In this document: one piece after another, positions 1-9,626 of the stretch
Layout of the letters: each line of letters opens with the position of its first letter
Position numbering within the stretch: the first letter of the stretch is position 1
Virus genome (UHGV): UHGV-0048455
Reading direction: 5' to 3' (one strand)
Length of the DNA stretch: 33,129 nt
Source: a virus
Made by a program: the position numbers and the translations under genes
The notes under the pieces: model-generated
Databases searched by the model: none
Told to the model about the DNA's origin: nothing
Seen by the model: the letters and a program-made list of their open reading frames with translations, nothing else

Positions 1-388
1 TTTTAAACCTTTTTAACGAGCATTCTTTGTCTGCTAGTCTATTTATACTATCTTTGCAGAAACGAGTTCCTAGAGCCTCAAAATAAGCCATAGCAGGTGC
101 TTTCCCATCTCTTTCAGTATTCCAATTCTTTCGCTCTTCAGTTGTTTTTATTGCTCTATCTATTTCTATTTGTGTTTTTAATTCTATTATGTCTTTAGTA
201 AGCCTTGCTATTACTTCTCCTATTATGTAATTAAGATTAGAATAAACTTCTACATTTTGTGCATATTGATACATTGAATTAGGTTCATCTATAATTTTTT
301 TAAATACTTCTTGATACATACTAGCAAGTTCTTTTTCATTTATACTTTTTATGTTAAAAGGATTAAATAAGAATAATTTTTCTTCCAT
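1..388 (-). CDS. Hypothetical coiled-coil protein, 5' part (continues across the window junction at 33129..33047; 156 aa in total)
   Basis: ATG at 388 immediately after the stop of 389..742. Open to base 1 (MEEKLFLFNPFNIK...DKECSLKRFK) and joins in frame to 33129. Confidence 0.8.
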   Translation of the reverse strand, partial: MEEKLFLFNPFNIKSINEKELASMYQEVFKKIIDEPNSMYQYAQNVEVYSNLNYIIGEVIARLTKDIIELKTQIEIDRAIKTTEERKNWNTERDGKAPAMAYFEALGTRFCKDSINRLADKECSLKRFK

Positions 389-742
389 TTACTCATCACT
401 CTCTACCTTTTCTACTAAATCTTCTTTTATTATTAAAGTGATTTTTTCAAAATCTGACACTTTAAATACTAATTCTTTTTTCAAAATTCCTTTGTAGCCA
501 TCAAATTCAAACTCTTTATCTACTATAATCTTTGCTTTTAATTCATCGGGAAATGCCCTGGTGTTATATGCTTCTTCTATTGTTTTGCCATCTTTATTTT
601 TCGAATTTTCTATTGCTTCATATATATCATTGGTCGCTTTAAACCAATCAGTATCAGGACTTCCACCACAAACATACCAATTTTTTATAAGATAAATATT
701 CTTATTTGTTTTGTGTCTATATATAACTATCTCTTTATTCAT
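389..742 (-). CDS. Hypothetical protein
   Basis: 117-aa ORF translationally coupled (TAATG) to 742..996, with GGAAGTGAG SD-like sequence upstream. Confidence 0.75.
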   Translation of the reverse strand: MNKEIVIYRHKTNKNIYLIKNWYVCGGSPDTDWFKATNDIYEAIENSKNKDGKTIEEAYNTRAFPDELKAKIIVDKEFEFDGYKGILKKELVFKVSDFEKITLIIKEDLVEKVESDE

Positions 743-996
743 TATCTCACTTCCTTTAATATATCTAATAATTCTTTTTCATATTGTACTAACCAATTTT
801 CATTACAAGTCAAATCATGATTATTTATATATTCTATTGCTTTATCTATTGTTCTTTCATATACATCTCTTGTTTGTATTATATCATCTCTAGTGCTTGT
901 TTCATAAATGATAAACTTTGCTACTTCATCTGGAATATCGTATTCTTTACCATTTATATTTATTTTACCTTTGCTTAATTTAATTTTATATTCCAT
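742..996 (-). CDS. Hypothetical protein
   Basis: 84-aa ORF with AGGAGG RBS. Confidence 0.75.
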   Translation of the reverse strand: MEYKIKLSKGKININGKEYDIPDEVAKFIIYETSTRDDIIQTRDVYERTIDKAIEYINNHDLTCNENWLVQYEKELLDILKEVR

Positions 997-997
997 T

Positions 998-1153
998 TTA
1001 TTTTCCTCCTATTCTTTGTATCTTTTCAAGCATAGCCATTACTAAGAATGATGTCTTACTTTGACCTGTCAATCTTGTTGCTTTTTCTAATTCATTAAAC
1101 TCCCATTCAGAAAGTCTAATATTTAATACTTTTGTTTTTGTTTTCTTTCTCAT
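998..1153 (-). CDS. Ribbon-helix-helix (CopG/DUF1778-like) DNA-binding protein, 51 aa (not in ORF track)
   Basis: Manual translation MRKKTKTKVLNIRLSEWEFNELEKATRLTGQSKTSFLVMAMLEKIQRIGGK shows the RHH pattern (LNIRL strand, helix, G-x-S-K-T-x-F-L helix). AGGAG RBS. Confidence 0.7.
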   Translation of the reverse strand: MRKKTKTKVLNIRLSEWEFNELEKATRLTGQSKTSFLVMAMLEKIQRIGGK

Positions 1154-1161
1154 ATTATCTC

Positions 1162-1368
1162 CTATCTACAATATTGGCCATATAATTCACAATATTGATT
1201 TTTATATTCTCTTAAATCATCAATTTCTTCTTGTTGTTTTTCTATTTCTGCATAATAATCTTCTAATTTATCAATTAATTCTTCAACAGATACTAAGTCT
1301 TGATTTTTAAATATATCATTTAATGCACCACTATTAATATCTTTTAAATTAATATAAACATTATCCAT
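1162..1368 (-). CDS. Hypothetical protein
   Basis: 68-aa ORF, GGAGGTG RBS, TAATG coupling. Confidence 0.75.
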   Translation of the reverse strand: MDNVYINLKDINSGALNDIFKNQDLVSVEELIDKLEDYYAEIEKQQEEIDDLREYKNQYCELYGQYCR

Positions 1369-1625
1369 TATTTACACCTCCTTTTATTTCTTTTTTCTTC
1401 TGCGTCTAAATAAATATTGATATTTCTTTTTGTTTTGCTGTTTTCCCATTCGTAAAGTGTAGTTCCATACTTATTTATTTGATAATCTTCTATCATTCTA
1501 ATTAATTCTTCTAGATACTTGAACTCGCCATGTCTTTTAATAAATTCAACTCTAAACAAATTTCTAGTTACCATTGCCTTATCTTTATATAAATTAAAGT
1601 AAAAATTCAATTTAAATTCTTCCAT
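1368..1625 (-). CDS. Hypothetical protein
   Basis: 85-aa ORF with AAGGAGG RBS. Confidence 0.75.
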   Translation of the reverse strand: MEEFKLNFYFNLYKDKAMVTRNLFRVEFIKRHGEFKYLEELIRMIEDYQINKYGTTLYEWENSKTKRNINIYLDAEEKRNKRRCK

Positions 1626-1754
1626 TTTCTTTTCCTCCTTTTATTCGCCATTTATTTTAATTTTAACGAAGTTTTAATAATTCTAATATAATTGGTCTAT
1701 TTTATTATTTTCATTAATTCTAGGCTAATTTAATTAAGTCTAGTGGTGTATTTA

Positions 1755-1856
1755 TTAATTTAAAGATGAAATTCTTTGTAAAACTAATAAAGTACCAACA
1801 ATAATTATTGAATAAAATATAATTATACCTTTATTTTCCTTTAAAAACTTTTTCAT
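1755..1856 (-). CDS. Small single-TM membrane protein, 33 aa (not in ORF track)
   Basis: MKKFLKENKGIIIFYSIIIVGTLLVLQRISSLN; AAGGAG upstream; TAATG coupling. Confidence 0.6.
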   Translation of the reverse strand: MKKFLKENKGIIIFYSIIIVGTLLVLQRISSLN

Positions 1857-1942
1857 TATACTCTTTCTCCTTTCTTAATTCCATAATATTCATATAAGTC
1901 CATATCTAAGTTATCTCTTAGCCATTTAATTATCTTTTTCAT
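1856..1942 (-). CDS. Small hypothetical protein, 28 aa (not in ORF track)
   Basis: MKKIIKWLRDNLDMDLYEYYGIKKGERV with AAGGAGG RBS. Confidence 0.55.
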   Translation of the reverse strand: MKKIIKWLRDNLDMDLYEYYGIKKGERV

Positions 1943-1954
1943 TATTTGCCCTCC

Positions 1955-2152
1955 TTAATATCCTACTCTTATGAAATCTTTAACTTCATCATTTGTTATT
2001 TCTCTATAATCTGCATTATATAAATTTTCTCTTAATTCTTTTTCTTTTTCACATAGTTTTATGTATTCTTCTTTTTCGCCACCATACATATCCATTTCAA
2101 TTCTTTCTAATTCAATCTTTCTTAATTCTTTTAGTATTTCTTCTCTTTTCAT
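1955..2152 (-). CDS. Hypothetical protein, first gene of an early operon
   Basis: 65-aa ORF just downstream of the consensus promoter at 2186..2215. Confidence 0.75.
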   Translation of the reverse strand: MKREEILKELRKIELERIEMDMYGGEKEEYIKLCEKEKELRENLYNADYREITNDEVKDFIRVGY

Positions 2153-2185
2153 TTTTCATCTCTTCCTTTCCTTAATTACAATATT

Positions 2186-2215
2186 ATTATAACATAATGC
2201 ATTTACATTTGTCAA
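2186..2215 (-). promoter_or_regulatory. SigA/sigma70-type promoter (early operon)
   Basis: TTGACA (2215-2210), N18, TATAAT (2191-2186), with TG extended -10. Confidence 0.75.
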
Positions 2216-2276
2216 TACATTTTAATGATTTTTTAAAATTTTTTTACATTTTCTTTATAAACCTTTATAAAATAAA

Positions 2277-2307
2277 GAAAAAAGAGTTAATTTTTTTTAA
2301 CTCTCTT
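2277..2307 (-). terminator. Intrinsic terminator after endolysin
   Basis: Minus strand AGAGTTAA-AAAAAA-TTAACTCT hairpin followed by a T run. Confidence 0.65.
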
Positions 2308-2319
2308 TAATATTTCTGA

Positions 2320-3234
2320 TTATTTTCCAATATACATTTGGAATTTTGTCATTGGAACTCCTCTGACACCACCAAAGCCATCAAAACCATTTCCTTTGAT
2401 TAAGTCTTTTTGGTAAGGATAATTGTTTACTTTGTAGTAAGCATATTGATATGGTCTAATATTATTAGGGGTATAGTAGTAGCATTCTACACAATCAATA
2501 GCATTTACTCCATCGCCAGCCCAACCTGATATATAATCATTAATATCATAACCAGTAACAAATGGCAACCAGCCTTTTCCTTTAAGATGTACTCTATATC
2601 TAATAGAACCTTTATCTACTCTTATAGCAAGTCCATTTATGGGGCTGTTCTCCCAGCCTGCATAGTCTTCTAGGTTTTTAACTTCTTTTAACCAGCCATG
2701 TTTTTGAGTTTTAACTTTATAATAAACATTAACTTCATTTGAAACAGGTTTATCTTCTAATTTAGCCTTTATCATATTTAAAAACCTATCCCAACCCATA
2801 TCTAATGTTCTATGAGGGCAATATTTATGATTTCCATAGTCTTGATGTTTTGTTACTCTATCAATTCCCCAACCATATCTTTTTAATATATCTACGATTA
2901 AGTCTACTGCATTTTGTTCGGCTTTGATAAATCTTTCTCCGCCAGATTTTGAATAACATATTTCTATTGCTATACCCTCTCTATTTCCTTTGCCATTGCC
3001 ATCCGAAGCATGCCAGCCATTTCTATTTTCTTCTATTCCTTGCACTATTTCTTTATCATCAACAGCATAATGGAACGATGTCTCATTGTTATTATTTGTC
3101 ATATATGCTATTTCATTTCTAGCAGTAGCATCGTTAGCAGTATTATGTACTACTATTCTTGTAGGTGTCATACTATAAGGACATTTTATTCCCCATTTGC
3201 TTTCTGGAACTAATTTCTTTATTATATTTACCAT
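2320..3234 (-). CDS. Endolysin, N-acetylmuramoyl-L-alanine amidase (Amidase_2) with C-terminal cell-wall-binding repeats
   Basis: IVVHNTAN, SFHYAVDD, WHASDG, IAIEIC and HQD...KYCP zinc-amidase motifs; C-terminal Y-x-V...GWL repeats; follows the holins. Confidence 0.92.
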   Translation of the reverse strand: MVNIIKKLVPESKWGIKCPYSMTPTRIVVHNTANDATARNEIAYMTNNNNETSFHYAVDDKEIVQGIEENRNGWHASDGNGKGNREGIAIEICYSKSGGERFIKAEQNAVDLIVDILKRYGWGIDRVTKHQDYGNHKYCPHRTLDMGWDRFLNMIKAKLEDKPVSNEVNVYYKVKTQKHGWLKEVKNLEDYAGWENSPINGLAIRVDKGSIRYRVHLKGKGWLPFVTGYDINDYISGWAGDGVNAIDCVECYYYTPNNIRPYQYAYYKVNNYPYQKDLIKGNGFDGFGGVRGVPMTKFQMYIGK

Positions 3235-3239
3235 ATTAT

Positions 3240-3491
3240 CTACTCTCCTTTTATTAATTTCTCTAAATTATGGAATATGTCGTATGTTCCACCAGCAATT
3301 ATTCCACTTAAAGCAATAGCAACTTTAAAATCTTTAGTTACTATCCACTCTATTAAAGCAACTATCAATCCAACTAAGATATTCTGTATTGGTATTAATT
3401 TATTATTTAATTTAGTATGCTTCTTTGATATCATGCCTAATACCCAAGTTACTAGGATAGTTATTAAACTTATTAATGTGCTTAATTCCAT
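3240..3491 (-). CDS. Holin
   Basis: 83 aa, 2-3 hydrophobic segments, NKLIP motif, directly upstream of the endolysin. Confidence 0.8.
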   Translation of the reverse strand: MELSTLISLITILVTWVLGMISKKHTKLNNKLIPIQNILVGLIVALIEWIVTKDFKVAIALSGIIAGGTYDIFHNLEKLIKGE

Positions 3492-3700
3492 TATTCACAC
3501 CTCACTTTCAATTCTTTTATTTCTTCCTTCATATACTTAATATCATCTTCTAAATGATATGTTCTTTCTATTACAGTGTTGTGTTTATCTACCTTTTTTT
3601 CTAATTGTTCTATTCTATATTTGATTAATTTAATTCCAACAAGCGAGCCTATACAAGTTCCTAAAAAAGATAACACTGCTACTATTATAGTGTCGTTCAT
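3491..3700 (-). CDS. Holin-associated membrane protein (N-terminal TM + coiled coil)
   Basis: N-terminal TM then YRIEQLEKKVDKHN..IERTY.LE, a pattern typical of lysis-cassette proteins in Bacillota phages. Confidence 0.7.
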   Translation of the reverse strand: MNDTIIVAVLSFLGTCIGSLVGIKLIKYRIEQLEKKVDKHNTVIERTYHLEDDIKYMKEEIKELKVRCE

Positions 3701-3740
3701 ATTTCCTCCTTTTTATTTTACAATCTTATGTCAACCACCC

Positions 3741-3825
3741 CCCTACCCCACTATATAAAGCCTTATTTTATAAGGTATAGTGGGCTTTTTACTATTTGAA
3801 ATATAGTCTTTATAGTAGGGTAGGG
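3741..3825 (-). promoter_or_regulatory. Structured RNA leader upstream of the lysis cassette
   Basis: 15-bp stem 3741-3755/3811-3825 enclosing two hairpins; alternative pairing 3747-3755/3776-3784. Confidence 0.55.
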
Positions 3826-3858
3826 TATTTACATTGTTTACATTATTTGATTTATCAC

Positions 3859-4338
3859 TTATGATACTCTTTGCCAAAGGGCTACCACTTGATATGGTGG
3901 CATATTATTGTGGGCTTGTCCACCACCTGTATTGGTTATTAAATCATCTCTAGGTGAAGCCGTTTGAATAGTTGTTGTTCCAGCATAAACATTTCCACTT
4001 GGCCCATAATAAGTATTATGGCTATGACTAGGTATTTCGTCAATTGTTAATGTATGTGTCTTTTCTCCACCTGTTTTACCAATAGTATTAAAATCTGTAT
4101 CAGCACTATCTATACCTACCAACATTTTACCACTTGCTATTCTTTTCCAAGTAAAACCTAAATAATTACTGTGGTCATCATTATCGTTAAATATTACTAC
4201 CTTTTTTATTGGAAAGAATAAATTAGCAAGAGAATTTACAACTTGTTTTATTTCATTCATATCACCAGCAGTTACTTTATTTACATTAGCAATATCTGCA
4301 TTTTCATATAACGCCACCTTATCCTCATAAGTTATCAT
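3859..4338 (-). CDS. Baseplate/tail-fibre protein (Gp10-C/tail-collar-like)
   Basis: GFTWKRIASGKMLVG...TGGEKTHTLTIDEIPSHSH...GGGQAHNNMPPY..V..W.R motif. Confidence 0.8.
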   Translation of the reverse strand: MITYEDKVALYENADIANVNKVTAGDMNEIKQVVNSLANLFFPIKKVVIFNDNDDHSNYLGFTWKRIASGKMLVGIDSADTDFNTIGKTGGEKTHTLTIDEIPSHSHNTYYGPSGNVYAGTTTIQTASPRDDLITNTGGGQAHNNMPPYQVVALWQRVS

Positions 4339-4426
4339 AAGTTACCTCCTTGAGAAGCATTAATTAAATAATAAACCCACCTTTTTGTCAACTTATTGTT
4401 TATTTTTTTCATTTTATCTTCCTCCT

Positions 4427-6370
4427 TTATACTATTTCCACCATTTGAGTGATATTATAAAATCTATCTGCTCTAAATATTGAAATTATAGTCTGATAAA
4501 CTGTTATTTCATCATTACTTATTATTTGAATATTTGTTATATCCTTTGATGCATATATATCAAAATCGTATATATAACTTGTATCACTAATCTTATAAAT
4601 TTGATTAGCATTTAATTGAATTATATAATTAGTATTATCAGTAAAATTAATTTTTACTTTTAATGCTTTCATATTATTATAATCGGTCGTTTTTGATATA
4701 CTATTATTTAGCCTGCTCGCTCCTACTGGGTTAAGTATAGGGTTAACTTCATCATTATCATTTCTTATTTGCAAAGTATTTATGAAATTTATATTTAATG
4801 TTTCGTATATATTTTTAACAATAGTTTCTGAATTACTTATTAATATAGAATTAGTTTTACCTAGCAAGTTTTCTTTTGTTATGATATCATCATTTAAATA
4901 AGTATTTGGTACTTCAATTGTACTTTGTGTAGTTCTTCCACTTATTGTTTTATTATATAAATTTCTTGCGAATATTGGTATGTTTGAACTATTATATAAT
5001 ATTCCAGAATTAGGAACCATACTATCTAAATCTTGATATGGAAGTCCATTATAATTATTTTCATTATATATCTCTAGTGTTGAATACAATAAATTTATTA
5101 ATTGAAATTGATAATTATATAAGTTAAATTGCTTTGTAACATTATAGAATATTATAGGATTAGAAACAGATTGACTAATATTTTCTTTTTCAACTAAATA
5201 AACTTGATTATTTGCAATTCTTCCTATATATAATGTATAAACAGAAATATTTGTATAGCATAACATAAATATATTTGCATCATTGCCTTTTATACTCATT
5301 CCTAACCCACCATAATCTTGCTCTTCTAGATAATTGTCTAATTCAAATTGATTTTTATATATATTGGCAACAGCACCATCTTTTATATTAAAAATTTCAT
5401 ATAGAGCATATTTATTTGTACTTCCTCTTTCAAAAGTATATTGATATATTATAGAATAGAAATTATTTTTTTGTTTTATTTTAGATATATTTCTAATAAC
5501 ATTAGATACTGTTAATTTTTCACTGTAATTTAAAACATTTATTGAAGTAAGTGAAATATTATCTCCATTTTTATTATATACACTTAGCATATTATCACTT
5601 GAAATACCTATCATTTGAAAATCTAGATTATTTTCATTATCCCAAGTCTGCCACATATCATTTATTGCATAAGATACACTAGTACCAAAACTACTATCAC
5701 TTTCAAATAATTTCCATTCATTTTCTGCTCCAACATTAATAGTAAGTTCTACAGCGATAGGAAATTTTCCTGTTGCTGTTGTATTAGTTCCACCAAATAA
5801 ATAATTGCCTCCTCCAATTCTTCTTCGTATAAAATCATAAGCATAACTTCTTAAATTGCTAGGAAATTCATAAGATTTTTTAATTATTAATTTATATTCT
5901 GCATCACTAGGTAATTTAACAGTAGGGTTATTTAATAAAAGAAATCTTAAAGTTCCTAATCCCTCTCCATATCTTTCTATTGCCATTAAATTACCAGTTT
6001 CATCTGCTTCTAATTTTAGCATTCTATCAATTTTTACACCACTTGAATATTTTGTAATTACTTGTATTATATTAAATCCAACATCTACAATAACAATATA
6101 TCCATTTAATTCTCTATTTATATCATCGACAACACCATATATTAATGTTTTATCAAGTCCCTCATCACTTGCATTTTTACTTTGAAATGAGCCATATATA
6201 TATAATCTATATACTTCGTGTCCTTGCTTTTTTAATTCTGCTTTTAAATTGTCAGTGAAATTATTAGTTGTTTCTTTTATTTGTTCTATAGTAGGTTTAT
6301 CTTCTTTATTCTGTATTTCATATTTGCCACATAAATATGTTATAATTTTACTTTTAAAATCATCTGTCAT
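4427..6370 (-). CDS. Minor tail / putative receptor-binding protein
   Basis: 647 aa, beta-rich, distal end of the tail module; call by synteny. Confidence 0.6.
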   Translation of the reverse strand: MTDDFKSKIITYLCGKYEIQNKEDKPTIEQIKETTNNFTDNLKAELKKQGHEVYRLYIYGSFQSKNASDEGLDKTLIYGVVDDINRELNGYIVIVDVGFNIIQVITKYSSGVKIDRMLKLEADETGNLMAIERYGEGLGTLRFLLLNNPTVKLPSDAEYKLIIKKSYEFPSNLRSYAYDFIRRRIGGGNYLFGGTNTTATGKFPIAVELTINVGAENEWKLFESDSSFGTSVSYAINDMWQTWDNENNLDFQMIGISSDNMLSVYNKNGDNISLTSINVLNYSEKLTVSNVIRNISKIKQKNNFYSIIYQYTFERGSTNKYALYEIFNIKDGAVANIYKNQFELDNYLEEQDYGGLGMSIKGNDANIFMLCYTNISVYTLYIGRIANNQVYLVEKENISQSVSNPIIFYNVTKQFNLYNYQFQLINLLYSTLEIYNENNYNGLPYQDLDSMVPNSGILYNSSNIPIFARNLYNKTISGRTTQSTIEVPNTYLNDDIITKENLLGKTNSILISNSETIVKNIYETLNINFINTLQIRNDNDEVNPILNPVGASRLNNSISKTTDYNNMKALKVKINFTDNTNYIIQLNANQIYKISDTSYIYDFDIYASKDITNIQIISNDEITVYQTIISIFRADRFYNITQMVEIV

Positions 6371-6379
6371 AATTACCTC

Positions 6380-7870
6380 CTAATTTATAAATGGAGCATT
6401 TAATGTACAATTTAATATATTATCTCCAATGACTGTAATTTCACTAATAGTTAAATTATTATATATGATATTTGCTGAATTTTCTATATCAACATTTCTT
6501 GTTATGCTCTCTCCCTCTTGAATATTTCCACTTGCTTTATTTCTTTGATTATCAAACCAATTTATTGCTCTTTCACTATTAAACGAACTGGATAATTCAT
6601 AAGTGTAGAATATCTTTTCTTGGTCTGTTGTATTTATTACTTTTATTTCTTTTCTTTTTACCATATAATCTTGTGTTAAATCATCAATAGGTGCATCAAA
6701 GTGTACTATTTGCCCAATATTATAAATATCTTTATCATCAGTTACTACTTTTAAATTGACTTCTGCACTACCTTTATATTTGATATAAGATTGTCCCACT
6801 TTATCAAGTTCATCGCTCGAAAGAACATCATTTCTATTCTCATATCTTGCTATAACTCCTTTTCTTCCTGTTTGATTTGCTACTCTTTCTACTTCATCAC
6901 TATTATACACTATTTGTCTACCTTTTACAAGAGGTTGATACTTTATTTGTATCTGAGTTCCAGCAGGATAATTTTCTTCGCTTTCTATTTGATTTTTGCC
7001 TGGTGTATAATAGAAATCTGCTTCTATTCCTATTTCTTTATTTGATTTAGCAGTAAAAGTTTTAGATACACCATTAACATTTATGCTTCTTACATTACCT
7101 ATATTAGAAGATGTTAAGAAATTAACATCATATCCATTTGCTATTAATGTTTCGGTGTAATCTATGCTTGCATAAACTTCATCAGATTGCATTATTTGTT
7201 TATTTCTATAATCTCTACTTCCATAATTAAAAGAAATATCATTTATATTATTCTCTTCAAACCAAGTAATATTATATTCAATATTTTTTCCTCTTGTCAT
7301 TAATATAGGGTCATAAAAGTCAATAGCAACTTTATCTTCATCAACAAGTCTTGTAAACCATTTAGAGCCTGTTATATCTGCTAGATATTGAAATACATCA
7401 TAGGCAGTTTTATTTTGTGTTGAATAAGCACCAATTATATCATCAGCACCGAATATATTAATATTACCTAATATAAAACCATAATCTTTAATAGCATCTA
7501 TTATCATTTCTATTGCTTCGGTTATTGTCTTATTATTTATAACAAAGTCTAAAGTCTCGCCCTCACTAAGTAAAGTCTTAAAGTCTAATATTTGTAAACT
7601 ACAAAAGTGAGGATATCTAGTGTTAAGACTTATATTACCCGAATTTTTTACTACTCCGCAAAAGACAAGTACATCATCTTTATATATTTTACATTTAGAA
7701 TAATCTTTAGGATAATAAAATCTAGAAATATAATTTTTATCAATTTCCCAACTTTTTGGATAGCAATTATTAAGAATGGTTGAGGAAGTAGTAAGTATTT
7801 CCTCTGTTATAGTAAATTCTTTATTACATACTACTTCTTCATTGTTTATTAACATTTTTAATCTACTCAT
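6380..7870 (-). CDS. Tail tip / baseplate hub protein (Tal-like)
   Basis: 496 aa immediately after the tape measure gene; VFCGVV and YNIGQIVHF hub-like motifs. Confidence 0.65.
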   Translation of the reverse strand: MSRLKMLINNEEVVCNKEFTITEEILTTSSTILNNCYPKSWEIDKNYISRFYYPKDYSKCKIYKDDVLVFCGVVKNSGNISLNTRYPHFCSLQILDFKTLLSEGETLDFVINNKTITEAIEMIIDAIKDYGFILGNINIFGADDIIGAYSTQNKTAYDVFQYLADITGSKWFTRLVDEDKVAIDFYDPILMTRGKNIEYNITWFEENNINDISFNYGSRDYRNKQIMQSDEVYASIDYTETLIANGYDVNFLTSSNIGNVRSINVNGVSKTFTAKSNKEIGIEADFYYTPGKNQIESEENYPAGTQIQIKYQPLVKGRQIVYNSDEVERVANQTGRKGVIARYENRNDVLSSDELDKVGQSYIKYKGSAEVNLKVVTDDKDIYNIGQIVHFDAPIDDLTQDYMVKRKEIKVINTTDQEKIFYTYELSSSFNSERAINWFDNQRNKASGNIQEGESITRNVDIENSANIIYNNLTISEITVIGDNILNCTLNAPFIN

Positions 7871-7872
7871 AT

Positions 7873-9567
7873 TTATGCTCCTCCCATTCCATAATTATAA
7901 TCATTTTTAGACCCACCACTAAATGTCTTAATATTATTAACCATTTGTCCTAATGGGTCTTGCTCCATATTGTTATTTACTACTACATTAATCTGTGGAC
8001 TTAAATTAGTGCTTGAACTTCCATATAGGCTAGGCGATAAACTAAACATATCATCAAACATTCCATCTACTGTTGAATTAACTTGTCCTTTCATATCTTC
8101 CATACCTTCTTCTAAACCTACCATATTCATTTTACCTATCCATGCAAATTCTGTTGATGGACTATGTATTCCAAATATACTTTTAATTCCATTTAATATA
8201 GATTTTCCAAAGCCTTTAATCTTGTCTAATATCCATTTGCTAACATTTTTTATACCATTCCATATTCCCATAACCATATTTTTACCTATATTAACTAATT
8301 TTTTAGGCAATTCCATAAAATAACCTACTAAAGAAGTTATTATTTTAGGAATATAACTTAAAAGTTTAGGGACTGCTTGTATTAATCCTTGCAATAAACC
8401 TATAAGTAATTGGAATCCTGCCTCTATAAATAAAGGCAAATTATCTATTAATATAGGTATAGTGCTAAGAATAGCATCTATGATAACTGGTATCAATGTT
8501 GGTAATTGTTGTGCTAATGCTTGAATTATCATAATTAAACCTTGAATTAAAGCCTCTAGTATAATAGGCAACATATTTGCTAATTCTTGAATTATAGTAG
8601 GCAACATACCCATTAATATTTGAATAATACCAGGCAATGCTTGAACTAGCCCCATTATTAATGTTGAAGTTCCTTGTATCAATGCCGGCAATATTGCTTG
8701 AAGTAAAGGACCAATTAAAGGTACTAGATTATTTAATAAAGTAGTTAAACCAGTTATTATTTGAGGTGCCATTTTGATTATAGCATTTGATATATTTGTT
8801 CCAGCAGTAGTAAAGGTACTTATTACTTCTTCAATTCCACCTGCACCACTTAAAAAATTACTAAATGCCGATTTTGCACTATTTATTGAGCCACTTATAG
8901 TGGTAGAGGCTTCTTTTGCTGTCGTTCCTGTTACATCTAATTCTTCTTGAATTACATGAATAGCATTAAATACATCATTTAAATTAGAAATATCGTATTT
9001 AACTCCTGATATCTTTTCGGCATCAGCAAGTAATCTTTCCATTTCTGTTTTTGTGCCGCCATAACCAAGTTTTAAATTATCTAACATAGTATAATTCTGC
9101 TTAGCGAAGCCTTGATAAGCATTTTGAATATTCTCAATAGCAGTACCGAATTTGTTCGAGTTATCTGCCATGTCTTGAATAGCCATATCGCCAACTTTGG
9201 CTGCCTCTTCTGTATCTCCACCTAGACTTTGTAATAAACTAGCACTAAATGATGTTATTTGTTCCATATATTTATTAGCATCTATTCCTGCTGTTGTATA
9301 GGCTTTTTTAGAGTTCTCTATAACTGTATCAGCACTATCTTTGAAAAGTGTCTCTACACCTCCGATATTCTGCTCTAAATCAGCCACCCCTTGTAAGGCA
9401 TCTTTACCAAGCCCTAATAAAGAACTACCAACTTTTTCAATAGCACTAGACATTAAATTACCAATAGCGATAGTACTTGCTTTCAATTTACCAGCGACAC
9501 CATTAGTCTTTTTTTCTAGGTCTTTATCATCTCCTTTAAACTTGAAGATGACTTCTCCTCCATTCAT
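7873..9567 (-). CDS. Tail tape measure protein
   Basis: LEQNIGGVETLFK, NAYQGFAKQNYTMLDNLKLGYGGTK and FGIHSPS motifs plus amphipathic repeats. Confidence 0.92.
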   Translation of the reverse strand: MNGGEVIFKFKGDDKDLEKKTNGVAGKLKASTIAIGNLMSSAIEKVGSSLLGLGKDALQGVADLEQNIGGVETLFKDSADTVIENSKKAYTTAGIDANKYMEQITSFSASLLQSLGGDTEEAAKVGDMAIQDMADNSNKFGTAIENIQNAYQGFAKQNYTMLDNLKLGYGGTKTEMERLLADAEKISGVKYDISNLNDVFNAIHVIQEELDVTGTTAKEASTTISGSINSAKSAFSNFLSGAGGIEEVISTFTTAGTNISNAIIKMAPQIITGLTTLLNNLVPLIGPLLQAILPALIQGTSTLIMGLVQALPGIIQILMGMLPTIIQELANMLPIILEALIQGLIMIIQALAQQLPTLIPVIIDAILSTIPILIDNLPLFIEAGFQLLIGLLQGLIQAVPKLLSYIPKIITSLVGYFMELPKKLVNIGKNMVMGIWNGIKNVSKWILDKIKGFGKSILNGIKSIFGIHSPSTEFAWIGKMNMVGLEEGMEDMKGQVNSTVDGMFDDMFSLSPSLYGSSSTNLSPQINVVVNNNMEQDPLGQMVNNIKTFSGGSKNDYNYGMGGA

Positions 9568-9585
9568 TTATTCCACCTCCTTATT

Positions 9586-9620
9586 ATAAAATAAAGGGCT
9601 GGGCTTTTAACCCAACCCTT
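9586..9620 (-). terminator. Hairpin/terminator between major tail and tape measure genes
   Basis: Minus strand AAGGGTTGGGTT-AA-AAGCCCAGCCCTT followed by TATTTT. Confidence 0.65.
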
Positions 9621-9626
9621 ATAGGT

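Noticed and set aside
3859..6370. Diversity-generating retroelement or invertible tail-fibre system
   Set aside because: No reverse transcriptase or invertase, and I saw no TR/VR repeat pair.
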